DNA from: Cellvibrionaceae bacterium
GTDB taxonomy: Bacteria > Pseudomonadota > Gammaproteobacteria > Pseudomonadales > Cellvibrionaceae
Assembly: GCA_050633825.1 (NCBI GenBank)
Contig: JBOEHG010000019.1
Span: 881 to 64,880, forward strand
DNA length: 64,000 bases
Reading direction: 5' to 3'
The translations under genes were made by a program, and so were the position numbers. The notes under the pieces were generated by a model. That model was not told the origin of the DNA and ran no database searches. It saw only the letters and a list, made by a program, of their open reading frames with translations. This document shows, one piece after another, positions 29,776 to 37,792 of this stretch (within the stretch, counting starts at the first letter, position 1; each line of letters starts with the position of its first letter).

Positions 29776-29861
29776 TCTCGATAGTGTTTAGCAGCGTTGC
29801 TATTTGATGGTTGTAGCTAGTTGGCTAGGGATAATAGAGGTTTCCCTAGTAATTTCAAGCT

Positions 29862-29879
29862 AAAATTCGATCGAATTTT
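29862..29879. promoter_or_regulatory. Perfect 18-bp palindrome AAAATTCGATCGAATTTT upstream of oadG
   Basis: Read directly. Lies 87-104 nt upstream of the oadG start on the minus strand, inside the 237-nt dctM-oadG spacer. Confidence 0.35.
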
Positions 29880-30012
29880 GTGCCGAGCAGATAGAAATAA
29901 GAAGATTTTAGCCGATATTTACGTTTTTTAGTGACTTGAGCAGTATTATTTTGCTCAAGTCACCAAAAACATCATGATATGATTTTATTGTCTTTTTATC
30001 AATAAATTATCA

Positions 30013-31302
30013 CTAAAATTCAAACCCTAAATACTCAGGAAAGACAACAAGTAGTATCACTAAGACTAATTGTATGCAAATGAACGGTATAACCCCTTTA
30101 TAAATTGTCGTCGTTCTTACTTGCGGAGGCGCTACACCTTTCAAGTAGAACAAGCTAAAACCAAAGGGTGGTGTCATGAATGAGGATTGCAAATTCATCG
30201 CAATCAAGATACCAAACCAAATCATATTTAACCCTAGCACTTCAGCAATAGGTGCAAGGATTGGAACAACGATAAAAGCAATTTCTACAAAGTCGATGAA
30301 GAAGCCTAGAACAAAAATAGCTAGCATAGATAAGCCGATAAATGTCCATTTCTCACCTGGTAGATTAGCCAGCGTATGTTCTACGATAGCGTCGCCACCA
30401 GAATAGGTGAAAACCATTGAGAAGGCGGTCGCACCAATCAGTACGGCAAATACCATAGAGGTGACTTTTACCGTTTCTTTTGCAGCGCTGCTGATCATAT
30501 CCCATTCGACTTTACCCATGTATATTTTGGCTAGAACCAGAGCACCGATTGAACCCAATGCTGATGACTCCGTTGGTGTCGCAATACCGGTAAGGATTGA
30601 GCCAAGAACAATTAAGATAAGTAGCATTGGAGGAATAATGTTCCATAATGCATCTTTGATTAATGCTGCCTTGTTTATAGCATCTGAAGGGACAGGAGGG
30701 GCAATACCGTCTTTTACATGAGTAATGATAAAGACATAAATCAAGTACATTGAAACCAATGCAGCCCCAGGAATCATCGCCGCCTTAAATAAATCACCTA
30801 CGGGTACTGACATTACGTCGCCCAAAATGATCAAAATAATGGATGGAGGGATAATCTGTCCTAATGTACCTGCAGCACAAATACAGCCAGTGGCTAAGCG
30901 TTGGTCGTATTTATACTTCAACATAACCGGAAGTGAGATAACACCCATAGCGACAACGCTTGCCCCTACAACACCGGTCGATGCGGCTAAGAAAGCACCA
31001 ACAACGATAGTTGAAATAGCTAGGCCGCCTGGACGATCACCAAATAATCGACCCATAGATTCTAGCAGGCGTTCTGCTAACCCAGATTTTTGTAGTACAA
31101 CACCCATAAAGATAAACATAGGAATCGCCATTAAAATGGTGTTTTCCATGATGTTGTATAGACGGTAGGGCATAAATTCGAATAAGCCCGGTCCTTCAAT
31201 AAAGATACCGACCATTAACGATAGGCCTGCGAATGTCAGGGCAATGGGGTAACCGATGAACAGTGCAATTAATGCAAAGAAAAATAAATAAATACCAATC
31301 AC
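30013..31302 (-). CDS. TRAP transporter large permease (DctM family)
   Basis: 429 aa polytopic protein with a typical DctM pattern. The start overlaps the DctQ stop by 4 nt. Confidence 0.93.
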   Translation of the reverse strand: MIGIYLFFFALIALFIGYPIALTFAGLSLMVGIFIEGPGLFEFMPYRLYNIMENTILMAIPMFIFMGVVLQKSGLAERLLESMGRLFGDRPGGLAISTIVVGAFLAASTGVVGASVVAMGVISLPVMLKYKYDQRLATGCICAAGTLGQIIPPSIILIILGDVMSVPVGDLFKAAMIPGAALVSMYLIYVFIITHVKDGIAPPVPSDAINKAALIKDALWNIIPPMLLILIVLGSILTGIATPTESSALGSIGALVLAKIYMGKVEWDMISSAAKETVKVTSMVFAVLIGATAFSMVFTYSGGDAIVEHTLANLPGEKWTFIGLSMLAIFVLGFFIDFVEIAFIVVPILAPIAEVLGLNMIWFGILIAMNLQSSFMTPPFGFSLFYLKGVAPPQVRTTTIYKGVIPFICIQLVLVILLVVFPEYLGFEF

Positions 31303-31868
31303 TTTTCAGACTCCTCATCAGATCCAGCTAATACTAATGATTCCTTAAGAATAACAGCGACCGCACTCAAGATAAGAAATCCAAATGCAAGAGGAAGAAC
31401 AAGTTTTACCGGCCATAAGCGGGGTAAACTGCCTGGGTCACCACGGTTTTCTTGGTTGATAAACGATTCTTCAAAGAATCCCCACGAGTAGTGGGTCACC
31501 AAGATACAAAATGGAAGTGCAAAGACGATAGCGCCGATGATATTGATCCAAGATTGCGTTCTTCTTGGGAAATTATCATAAAAAACATCAACACGGACAT
31601 GGCCATTCTCGCGGAGAGTGTAACCAAGGCCCATTAGAAACATAATAGAGAACCAGTGCCATTCCAGCTCTTGCATTCCAACTCCGCCGAGCCAGCTGAA
31701 GTATTTGTCGTACCAAAGGTAAGCGTCAAAGTAGACGAGAGTACCGACAACAATATAACGAACAAATACGTCGATAAAGACGTTGAGTACCATTAGTAGC
31801 ATCGCTATAACGCAGATCCAGCCAACGATATCAATGATTTTATTGAGAAAATGAAGTACAGATTTCAT
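31299..31868 (-). CDS. TRAP transporter small permease (DctQ family)
   Basis: 189 aa with four predicted TM segments. Positioned between the DctP and DctM genes. Confidence 0.88.
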   Translation of the reverse strand: MKSVLHFLNKIIDIVGWICVIAMLLMVLNVFIDVFVRYIVVGTLVYFDAYLWYDKYFSWLGGVGMQELEWHWFSIMFLMGLGYTLRENGHVRVDVFYDNFPRRTQSWINIIGAIVFALPFCILVTHYSWGFFEESFINQENRGDPGSLPRLWPVKLVLPLAFGFLILSAVAVILKESLVLAGSDEESEK

Positions 31869-31882
31869 GCTTTTGGTTCCTG

Positions 31883-31916
31883 AAAAAAAGCTCCCTTTAC
31901 TTGCGCAGAGGGAGCC
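31883..31916 (-). terminator. Intra-operon hairpin + U-run after the DctP-family gene (attenuator)
   Basis: On the minus strand: GCTCCCT-N12-AGGGAGC followed by TTTTTTT (plus-strand A-run at 31883-31889). Confidence 0.6.
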
Positions 31917-31957
31917 TTTGTTTGGTCAATAGACCCTTTACTTATTATGAATAACCC

Positions 31958-33019
31958 TTATAGGTTGTTCAGGTATGCTTTGTCAGAAATTTCAGTCCAA
32001 GCGCGAGCTTTGGACATATAATCACGTTGTGATTTGATGATTTCTGCAGTTAAGCCACCTTTTGCTTCTAGGTCAGATAATAGAGAAGCGTTAGCTTTCT
32101 TCAATTCAGCCATTACTTCAGCTGGGAAAGACTTAACTTGAATATCCGGGAAGTCTTTCTTAATGGTTGCCCAGTTTACACCACTTTCGTGATAAGACTG
32201 AGAAGTCATTTGGAAAGCCGCTTCTTGCATTGCTACTTCTACAATCGCTTGTAAGTCAGCTGGTAGTTTATCAAATGCTTTTTGATTAACCATAAACTGA
32301 AGTTCAGTACCAGGCTCATGCCAGCCAGTGTAGTAGAAAGGTGCAATTTTGTGGAAGCCCATACGTAGATCAAGAGAAGGACCTACCCACTCAAGAGCAT
32401 CAATAGTGTTACGCTCAAGTGCAGTGTAAAGCTCACCCGGTGGAATGTTTGTTGGTTTAGCACCTAACTTAGCCAGTACTTCACCTGCGAAACCAGGGAT
32501 ACGCATTTTTAGACCTTGAAGGTCAGCAGTGGTTTTGATTTCTTTTTTGAACCAGCCGCCCATTTGGTTACCTGTATTACCACCTGGGTACTGTCTTACG
32601 CCATATTTGCTATAGACTTTCTCAGCTAATTCTTTACCACCGCCATAGTAGTACCATGCATATTGCTCAGCAGCAATCATACCTAAAGGCATAGTGGTGA
32701 AGAACAATGTATTGATGTCTTTACCTTTCCAGTAGTATGAAGCAGAGTGACCCATTTGGTATTGACCTGATTTAACGAAGTCAAAAATACCTAAAGCAGA
32801 TTTATGCTTGTTTTTAGAATCAATGGTAATAAGTAAACGGCCGTTAGACATTTTCTTAACATTTTCGGCCATAGTCTTGGATACATCACCGAAAATAGGG
32901 AAGTTAGTAGGCCAAGTTTCCGCTAGGCGCCATTTGATTGGTTTATCTTGTGCAAGAGTGCTAACTGAAACCGCTGTAGAAGCAACAGCTAACGACAGAA
33001 GTGCAATCGTCTTTTTCAT
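31958..33019 (-). CDS. TRAP transporter periplasmic solute-binding protein (DctP family)
   Basis: 353 aa. Signal peptide (..STLAQD) and KWRLAETWPTNFPIFGD.., typical of a DctP-family subgroup. Ligand not assignable from sequence. Confidence 0.9.
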   Translation of the reverse strand: MKKTIALLSLAVASTAVSVSTLAQDKPIKWRLAETWPTNFPIFGDVSKTMAENVKKMSNGRLLITIDSKNKHKSALGIFDFVKSGQYQMGHSASYYWKGKDINTLFFTTMPLGMIAAEQYAWYYYGGGKELAEKVYSKYGVRQYPGGNTGNQMGGWFKKEIKTTADLQGLKMRIPGFAGEVLAKLGAKPTNIPPGELYTALERNTIDALEWVGPSLDLRMGFHKIAPFYYTGWHEPGTELQFMVNQKAFDKLPADLQAIVEVAMQEAAFQMTSQSYHESGVNWATIKKDFPDIQVKSFPAEVMAELKKANASLLSDLEAKGGLTAEIIKSQRDYMSKARAWTEISDKAYLNNL

Positions 33020-33249
33020 AGTTTTTAACCTTATTATCTATTATTAAGAGAGTTAACTAATTAAAGTTATATAAAGCTTGATCAGTGTACAAATGTTCAC
33101 CGATTATTGACATCCGTATCAATACCTAGACAAAACTACGGGTTTTCCCTTAGATGACGAGAAAAGTTAAATCTATAGGTAAAGCCTGTAAATGTCAAAG
33201 AAACAAAATATAAAAAGATCTTTTGGATAAGAACTTTATTTAGTGGTCA

Positions 33250-33273
33250 CTATTTATAACCAGTTATAAATAG
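33250..33273. promoter_or_regulatory. Perfect 11-2-11 inverted repeat CTATTTATAAC-CA-GTTATAAATAG (candidate NarL/LuxR-type regulator operator)
   Basis: Read directly. Lies 62 nt upstream of the sensor kinase ATG (33335) and about 230 nt upstream of the dctP-family start on the other strand. Confidence 0.4.
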
Positions 33274-33334
33274 CTCACAATAACTAATAGATCAAAACTA
33301 CAACAAGTCAAGTTGACGTGGGTAATTAATTTTT

Positions 33335-34729
33335 ATGAACCTTTCACAGAAGATACAACTGCTTTCTATACTGCCGCTGATGGTCGCTATGTTGATCGTT
33401 GCTTTGGTCACTGAGACCCAGTTTGAAAAGCTTTCCGCGCAAACAGCCAGTACTTTTCGCGACAGTATTACTAATAGTCGCAAGCAAGAGCTGAAAAATT
33501 ATATTTCATTGGCTCTATCATCCATTAATCATATTTATGGTGAAAACAATCAAAATGATAGTGCAGCCCAAGAGTTGGTAATCGATATATTATCGAACCT
33601 TGAATATGGGGAAGATGGCTATTTCTTTGCGTACAGTAACCAAGGGGAAAATATTGTTCATCCAAAGCAGGCTTATCGTATAGGGCGTAATTGGTGGGAC
33701 CTTCAAGATGAAGAGGGACAATTTATTATTCGCGATTTAATAAGTAATGCCCAAGAGGGTGGCGGTTTTGTTGAGTATCTTTGGGAAAAGCCATCAAAGC
33801 AGGAAGTGGCTAAAAAGTTGGCTTATTCCGTTATGCTAGACCGCTGGGACTGGATGCTTGGCACAGGAATCTACATTGACGATATTGATCGGGATGTTGC
33901 CATTATTCAGGGAGAGATTGATAAGAAAATTGAAAATTCATCTTACGTTATTCTAATGATTGCTTTGGCTGCATTTGCCATTGTTTTTTCCAGTGGCATT
34001 TTTCTTCAGTTTAGTGAGCGAAAGTTAGCAGATGAAAAACTACAGGAATTAACCAAGCGTATTCTCAATACGCAAGATGAAGAGCGCCGAAGGGTGTCGA
34101 GAGAATTGCATGATGGGATTAGCCAGCTCATTGCTAGCGCAAAGTTTTCACTTGAAACAGCGGCAATAAAAATCAAAGAGAACAAAAACCCTGATGAAGA
34201 AATAAAGACAACTCAGGATCGTATAGGACAAACTTTACAAGATTTGCGTCGTATATCCCGAGATTTGCATCCCAGTATTTTGGATGATCATGGTTTGTCA
34301 GTCGGTATTAAGGCGATGGCTAAAAACTTCACTGAAAGAACAGGGACAAAAGTCACCTTTAGCGATATTTTTGTCAGAAACATATTGCCGCTGGATGTGA
34401 AGACAGCACTTTATCGTGTGGCTCAAGAGGCATTAACCAATATTGAGCGTCATGCAGATGCCAGTTTGGTCGAGATTTCCATTCGTGTGGCTGGGGCTTG
34501 GATTACTCTTTCAATACAGGATAATGGAAAAGGCTTTGATGTAGCGTCATTAGAAAGAAGTAAGTCGCCAACGGAAGGGATAGGTTTGCGTAATATGCAT
34601 GAACGTCTAGCCTACCATAAAGGTATATTTTCTATTTCTTCAAATTCCAAGGGAACATTGATTGAAGCGAAGATACCAAAGACCGTATTGCGGTATGATG
34701 CCAATAAATTTAGTGAAAGTGAGATATAG
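33335..34729 (+). CDS. Sensor histidine kinase with periplasmic single-Cache domain and NarX-type (HisKA_3) transmitter
   Basis: 464 aa. TM, then a Cache-like region (DGYFFAYSNQGENIVHP..GGGFVEYLWEKP..DWMLGTGIYIDD), TM, H-box RELHDGISQ and an HATPase domain (QDNGKGF, GIGLRNMHER). Confidence 0.9.
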   Translation: MNLSQKIQLLSILPLMVAMLIVALVTETQFEKLSAQTASTFRDSITNSRKQELKNYISLALSSINHIYGENNQNDSAAQELVIDILSNLEYGEDGYFFAYSNQGENIVHPKQAYRIGRNWWDLQDEEGQFIIRDLISNAQEGGGFVEYLWEKPSKQEVAKKLAYSVMLDRWDWMLGTGIYIDDIDRDVAIIQGEIDKKIENSSYVILMIALAAFAIVFSSGIFLQFSERKLADEKLQELTKRILNTQDEERRRVSRELHDGISQLIASAKFSLETAAIKIKENKNPDEEIKTTQDRIGQTLQDLRRISRDLHPSILDDHGLSVGIKAMAKNFTERTGTKVTFSDIFVRNILPLDVKTALYRVAQEALTNIERHADASLVEISIRVAGAWITLSIQDNGKGFDVASLERSKSPTEGIGLRNMHERLAYHKGIFSISSNSKGTLIEAKIPKTVLRYDANKFSESEI

Positions 34730-34748
34730 GGTTTAGGAGAGGTTAGAT

Positions 34749-35369
34749 ATGATTCGAGTCATGTTAGTGGATGATCACCCGCTTTTTCGTGAAGGTATTA
34801 GTGCTCGATTAAAAATGAGCGAAGAAATTACGGTTGTTGGTGAAGCTGAAAATGGTAAGCAGGCCCTAGAAAAATTAGATGAGCTCAATCCTGACGTTGT
34901 TCTTATGGACATTAATATGCCAGAAATGAATGGTATGGATGTGCTTGAAGTCGTCGCTGAAATGGATTTGGATACCAAGTTTATTATGTTGAGTATGCAT
35001 GAAGATAAAGAATATATTTTAAGAGTAATACGTGTGGGCGCCGATGGCTATATGCTTAAAGATGTGTCAGGTGATGAAATGATTGATGCAATCAAGGTGG
35101 TCTATCGAGGTGAAAAACACTTTAGCCAAGAAGTTGCAGCGATATTGGCGCAGCAGGAAATTGATAAAGGTGAAAACAAGCTGACCAATCGCGAACAATT
35201 AATATTACGGCTTATTTCTTTAGGATACAGTAATAAGAAGATAGCTCAAGAGCTAAATAATAGTGTCAGGACTGTTGAAACACACAAACGTAATATCACT
35301 AAAAAACTAGGTATCAATACAACATCCGGTTTGGTGCGCTATGCAATAGAGCATGGTATTGATAAATAG
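34749..35369 (+). CDS. NarL/FixJ (LuxR-type HTH) response regulator
   Basis: 206 aa. MIRVMLVDDHPLFREG, acceptor VVLMDINMP, and a C-terminal LTNREQLILRLISLGYSNKKIAQELNNSVRTVETHKRNI HTH. Confidence 0.95.
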   Translation: MIRVMLVDDHPLFREGISARLKMSEEITVVGEAENGKQALEKLDELNPDVVLMDINMPEMNGMDVLEVVAEMDLDTKFIMLSMHEDKEYILRVIRVGADGYMLKDVSGDEMIDAIKVVYRGEKHFSQEVAAILAQQEIDKGENKLTNREQLILRLISLGYSNKKIAQELNNSVRTVETHKRNITKKLGINTTSGLVRYAIEHGIDK

Positions 35370-35515
35370 TATGGTATAAATGGTGCGCTTCATATATCAC
35401 CTGTTTTTATTATATGCAAATAGGCAGGTATAGTGATTGATTATTTGTAGTACCTCTGTAATATTCGATTCCCATCAGCACTTTATACTAACCTTTTAGC
35501 TTGTAAGATCTGTAT

Positions 35516-36730
35516 ATGAATTTATTATTTGTAATCCCGTACTATGCTTGTGATGATAAAACAGGTGGCGGGCAACGGACACGTTTGCTTTTAAAATCAG
35601 TATGTTCGCTCAAGGATGTTTCTATTGATCTAATTATTTTAGGTGAGCAAGGAAAGCAATATCCTCAAGATATTGTTTCCGAGGATATTAATAAGGCCAC
35701 TTATCTTGATTTATTACCTAGAGCAAAAATAGGGTTTTGGAAATTTTTGCGTCCTTTAAACCCATCTAAATTTGATTCGTTAGCTACGGCTTTAGGTAGA
35801 CGAGCGGTGTTATACAGTAGTGATATGCTCGCTAGAAAAAATGTTATTGATTTTTCGCAATATGATGTAGTTGTTTCTCGCTATTTAAGGCCGTTATCAC
35901 AAACGGGTGTTTTCGATAGCAGTGTCTCTGCAAAAATATATTTGGATATTGACGATAGGGATGATGTTCTTTATAGCTCACGTATGAATATGCCAACGGT
36001 TTCTCTTTGGGTACGTTTATTCTTTTCTTGGCATTTAAAACAAATACAATCAATACAGAAAAAAATATTGCCGCTTTGTGACCATGTATGGCTCGCAAGC
36101 GATAAAGATTTACAGCAGTTGCCTACACGTAAAGAAAGTGTGTTAAATAATATTCCTTACTCACTACCAGAAAAGTTAACTTCTAGTGCAGCTGTTTCTC
36201 AAAATAATAAAACCTTGTTGTTTGTTGGTAGCTATGGGCATCGTATTAATAAAGAAGGTGTTAAACACTTTTTAAATGTATGTTGGCCAAAAATTATTAA
36301 GGCATCGCCTGAGATAAGTTTAAGAATTGTAGGTTCTGGTGGTTGGCAGAATATAAAATCTGAGGTCTCTTCTGTTGAAAATGTCGAGATCGTTGGCTTT
36401 TGTGATGATTTAAATGAAGAGTATAAAAAAGCACTCTTTACTATTGTACCTTTATATGAAGGTGGTGGTACAAAAATTAAAGTGTTGGAAAGTTATCTTT
36501 TTGGGCGTTTGGCTGTAGGTACTCAGCATGCTTATTTTGGCTATGATAAATTATCAGAGTTATCTGCAAAGGCTATCTCTGATAATGATGAAGCGCTAAT
36601 TAATAATGTTTTGTATTTTTTAGAAAATCCAAAAATATGTCATGATATGGCTGTAAAGGGTTCTGATTTTGTAAGTGATAACTATACGTTTGAATCATTT
36701 AAAAAATCAGTTTTATCGGTTTTTGAGTAG
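35516..36730 (+). CDS. Glycosyltransferase, GT-B fold (GT4-like)
   Basis: 404 aa. C-terminal E-x7-E-type motif region (PLYEGGGTKIKVLESYLFG). The gene is visibly AT-rich. Confidence 0.8.
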   Translation: MNLLFVIPYYACDDKTGGGQRTRLLLKSVCSLKDVSIDLIILGEQGKQYPQDIVSEDINKATYLDLLPRAKIGFWKFLRPLNPSKFDSLATALGRRAVLYSSDMLARKNVIDFSQYDVVVSRYLRPLSQTGVFDSSVSAKIYLDIDDRDDVLYSSRMNMPTVSLWVRLFFSWHLKQIQSIQKKILPLCDHVWLASDKDLQQLPTRKESVLNNIPYSLPEKLTSSAAVSQNNKTLLFVGSYGHRINKEGVKHFLNVCWPKIIKASPEISLRIVGSGGWQNIKSEVSSVENVEIVGFCDDLNEEYKKALFTIVPLYEGGGTKIKVLESYLFGRLAVGTQHAYFGYDKLSELSAKAISDNDEALINNVLYFLENPKICHDMAVKGSDFVSDNYTFESFKKSVLSVFE

Positions 36731-36735
36731 TTTGT

Positions 36736-37770
36736 ATGTTTAAAGTAATAAGTTTGCAATCTGTTTTGCGTAGTGCGTTAGGGTCTGATAGTGGTTCAAA
36801 ACAGCATATAGATTATCTAGATGGATGGAGGGGGTTGGCAATTTTATTTGTTTTGGTGGCCCACTTTTTTGTTGATGGGTATTTGCCTTTATTATTTATG
36901 GGCGAATTTGGCGTTAATGTATTTTTTGTGTTGTCAGGGATGTTAATGAGTCACATATTGTTTGTGAAAGAAACGCCGCTGTCTATTTTCTATAAAAGAC
37001 GTTTTAGTCGAATATTACCTGCATTTTTACTTTTTGTGGTGGTAACGTATGTGGTTGCTTGGATACAAGAGGCGCCAGAAGCAAAAAACTTTATTTACTC
37101 TTTGTTTTTTCTGAGAACATATTTTCCTGATGATGTGCATATATGGAAATCGGGGATTGCTATAGGGCATCTCTGGTCATTAAATGTTGAAGAGCATGCT
37201 TATCTTTTGTTGAGCTTGCTGACATTCTTGCCTTTTTTCAAAGGCCGGCAATATTATGTGCTAATACCCTTGGGTGTATTGTCTATTCTTATTCATTTAT
37301 ATTATAAATTAACGCCTGATACTGCTCCAATTGCAGCTGGTTTGCGAACAGAAGCAGCTTTGGGTTTTATCTTTATTTCAGGTGGACTGTATCTGATGAA
37401 GGATAAATTAGAGCATCTTGTTTACCCTTGGATGGTGCCAATGGCTTTTGCTCTTGCTTTTGGAGTTTCTTTTTTTCGGGGGAGTTGGTTGATTACTCCT
37501 TTCTTATTGGCATTCACTGTAAATTATTTGCATAAATCTCCATCGTGGTTGCTTGGTTTTTTATGTTTGCCCGTTTTGAGATTGTTTGGGGTTCTCTCTT
37601 TTTCCATTTATTTATGGCAGCAGCCATTTTATAAGTTTGGTGTTAAGTTAAATTATTCAAATACTCTTACAGAACAAATTTTATATTTAGTATTAGCTAT
37701 TCTTGCGGGAGTTATTTCATTCTATTTGATTGAAAAGCCAGCAAGAAGCTGGCTCAATCGAAATTGGTAA
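36736..37770 (+). CDS. Acyltransferase family 3 (AT3, OafA/OatA-like O-acyltransferase), membrane domain only
   Basis: 344 aa with about 10 TM segments. N-terminal YLDGWRGLAILFVLVAHF signature. No fused SGNH domain. Confidence 0.85.
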   Translation: MFKVISLQSVLRSALGSDSGSKQHIDYLDGWRGLAILFVLVAHFFVDGYLPLLFMGEFGVNVFFVLSGMLMSHILFVKETPLSIFYKRRFSRILPAFLLFVVVTYVVAWIQEAPEAKNFIYSLFFLRTYFPDDVHIWKSGIAIGHLWSLNVEEHAYLLLSLLTFLPFFKGRQYYVLIPLGVLSILIHLYYKLTPDTAPIAAGLRTEAALGFIFISGGLYLMKDKLEHLVYPWMVPMAFALAFGVSFFRGSWLITPFLLAFTVNYLHKSPSWLLGFLCLPVLRLFGVLSFSIYLWQQPFYKFGVKLNYSNTLTEQILYLVLAILAGVISFYLIEKPARSWLNRNW

Positions 37771-37792
37771 AGATAACAAAGGAAGGGTTAAA

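Noticed and set aside
29531-29791. An 86-aa plus-strand ORF opposite oadG.
   Set aside because: The minus-strand reading gives a textbook OadG (a single TM with GMGTVFVFLTLL and a C-terminal AAVAAIA) in operon position. The plus-strand ORF is its mirror.
29931-29963. The 12-bp inverted repeat in the dctM-oadG spacer as an intrinsic terminator.
   Set aside because: On both strands the U-run precedes the hairpin and an A-run follows it, the wrong geometry for rho-independent termination. It is kept only as an unexplained inverted repeat.
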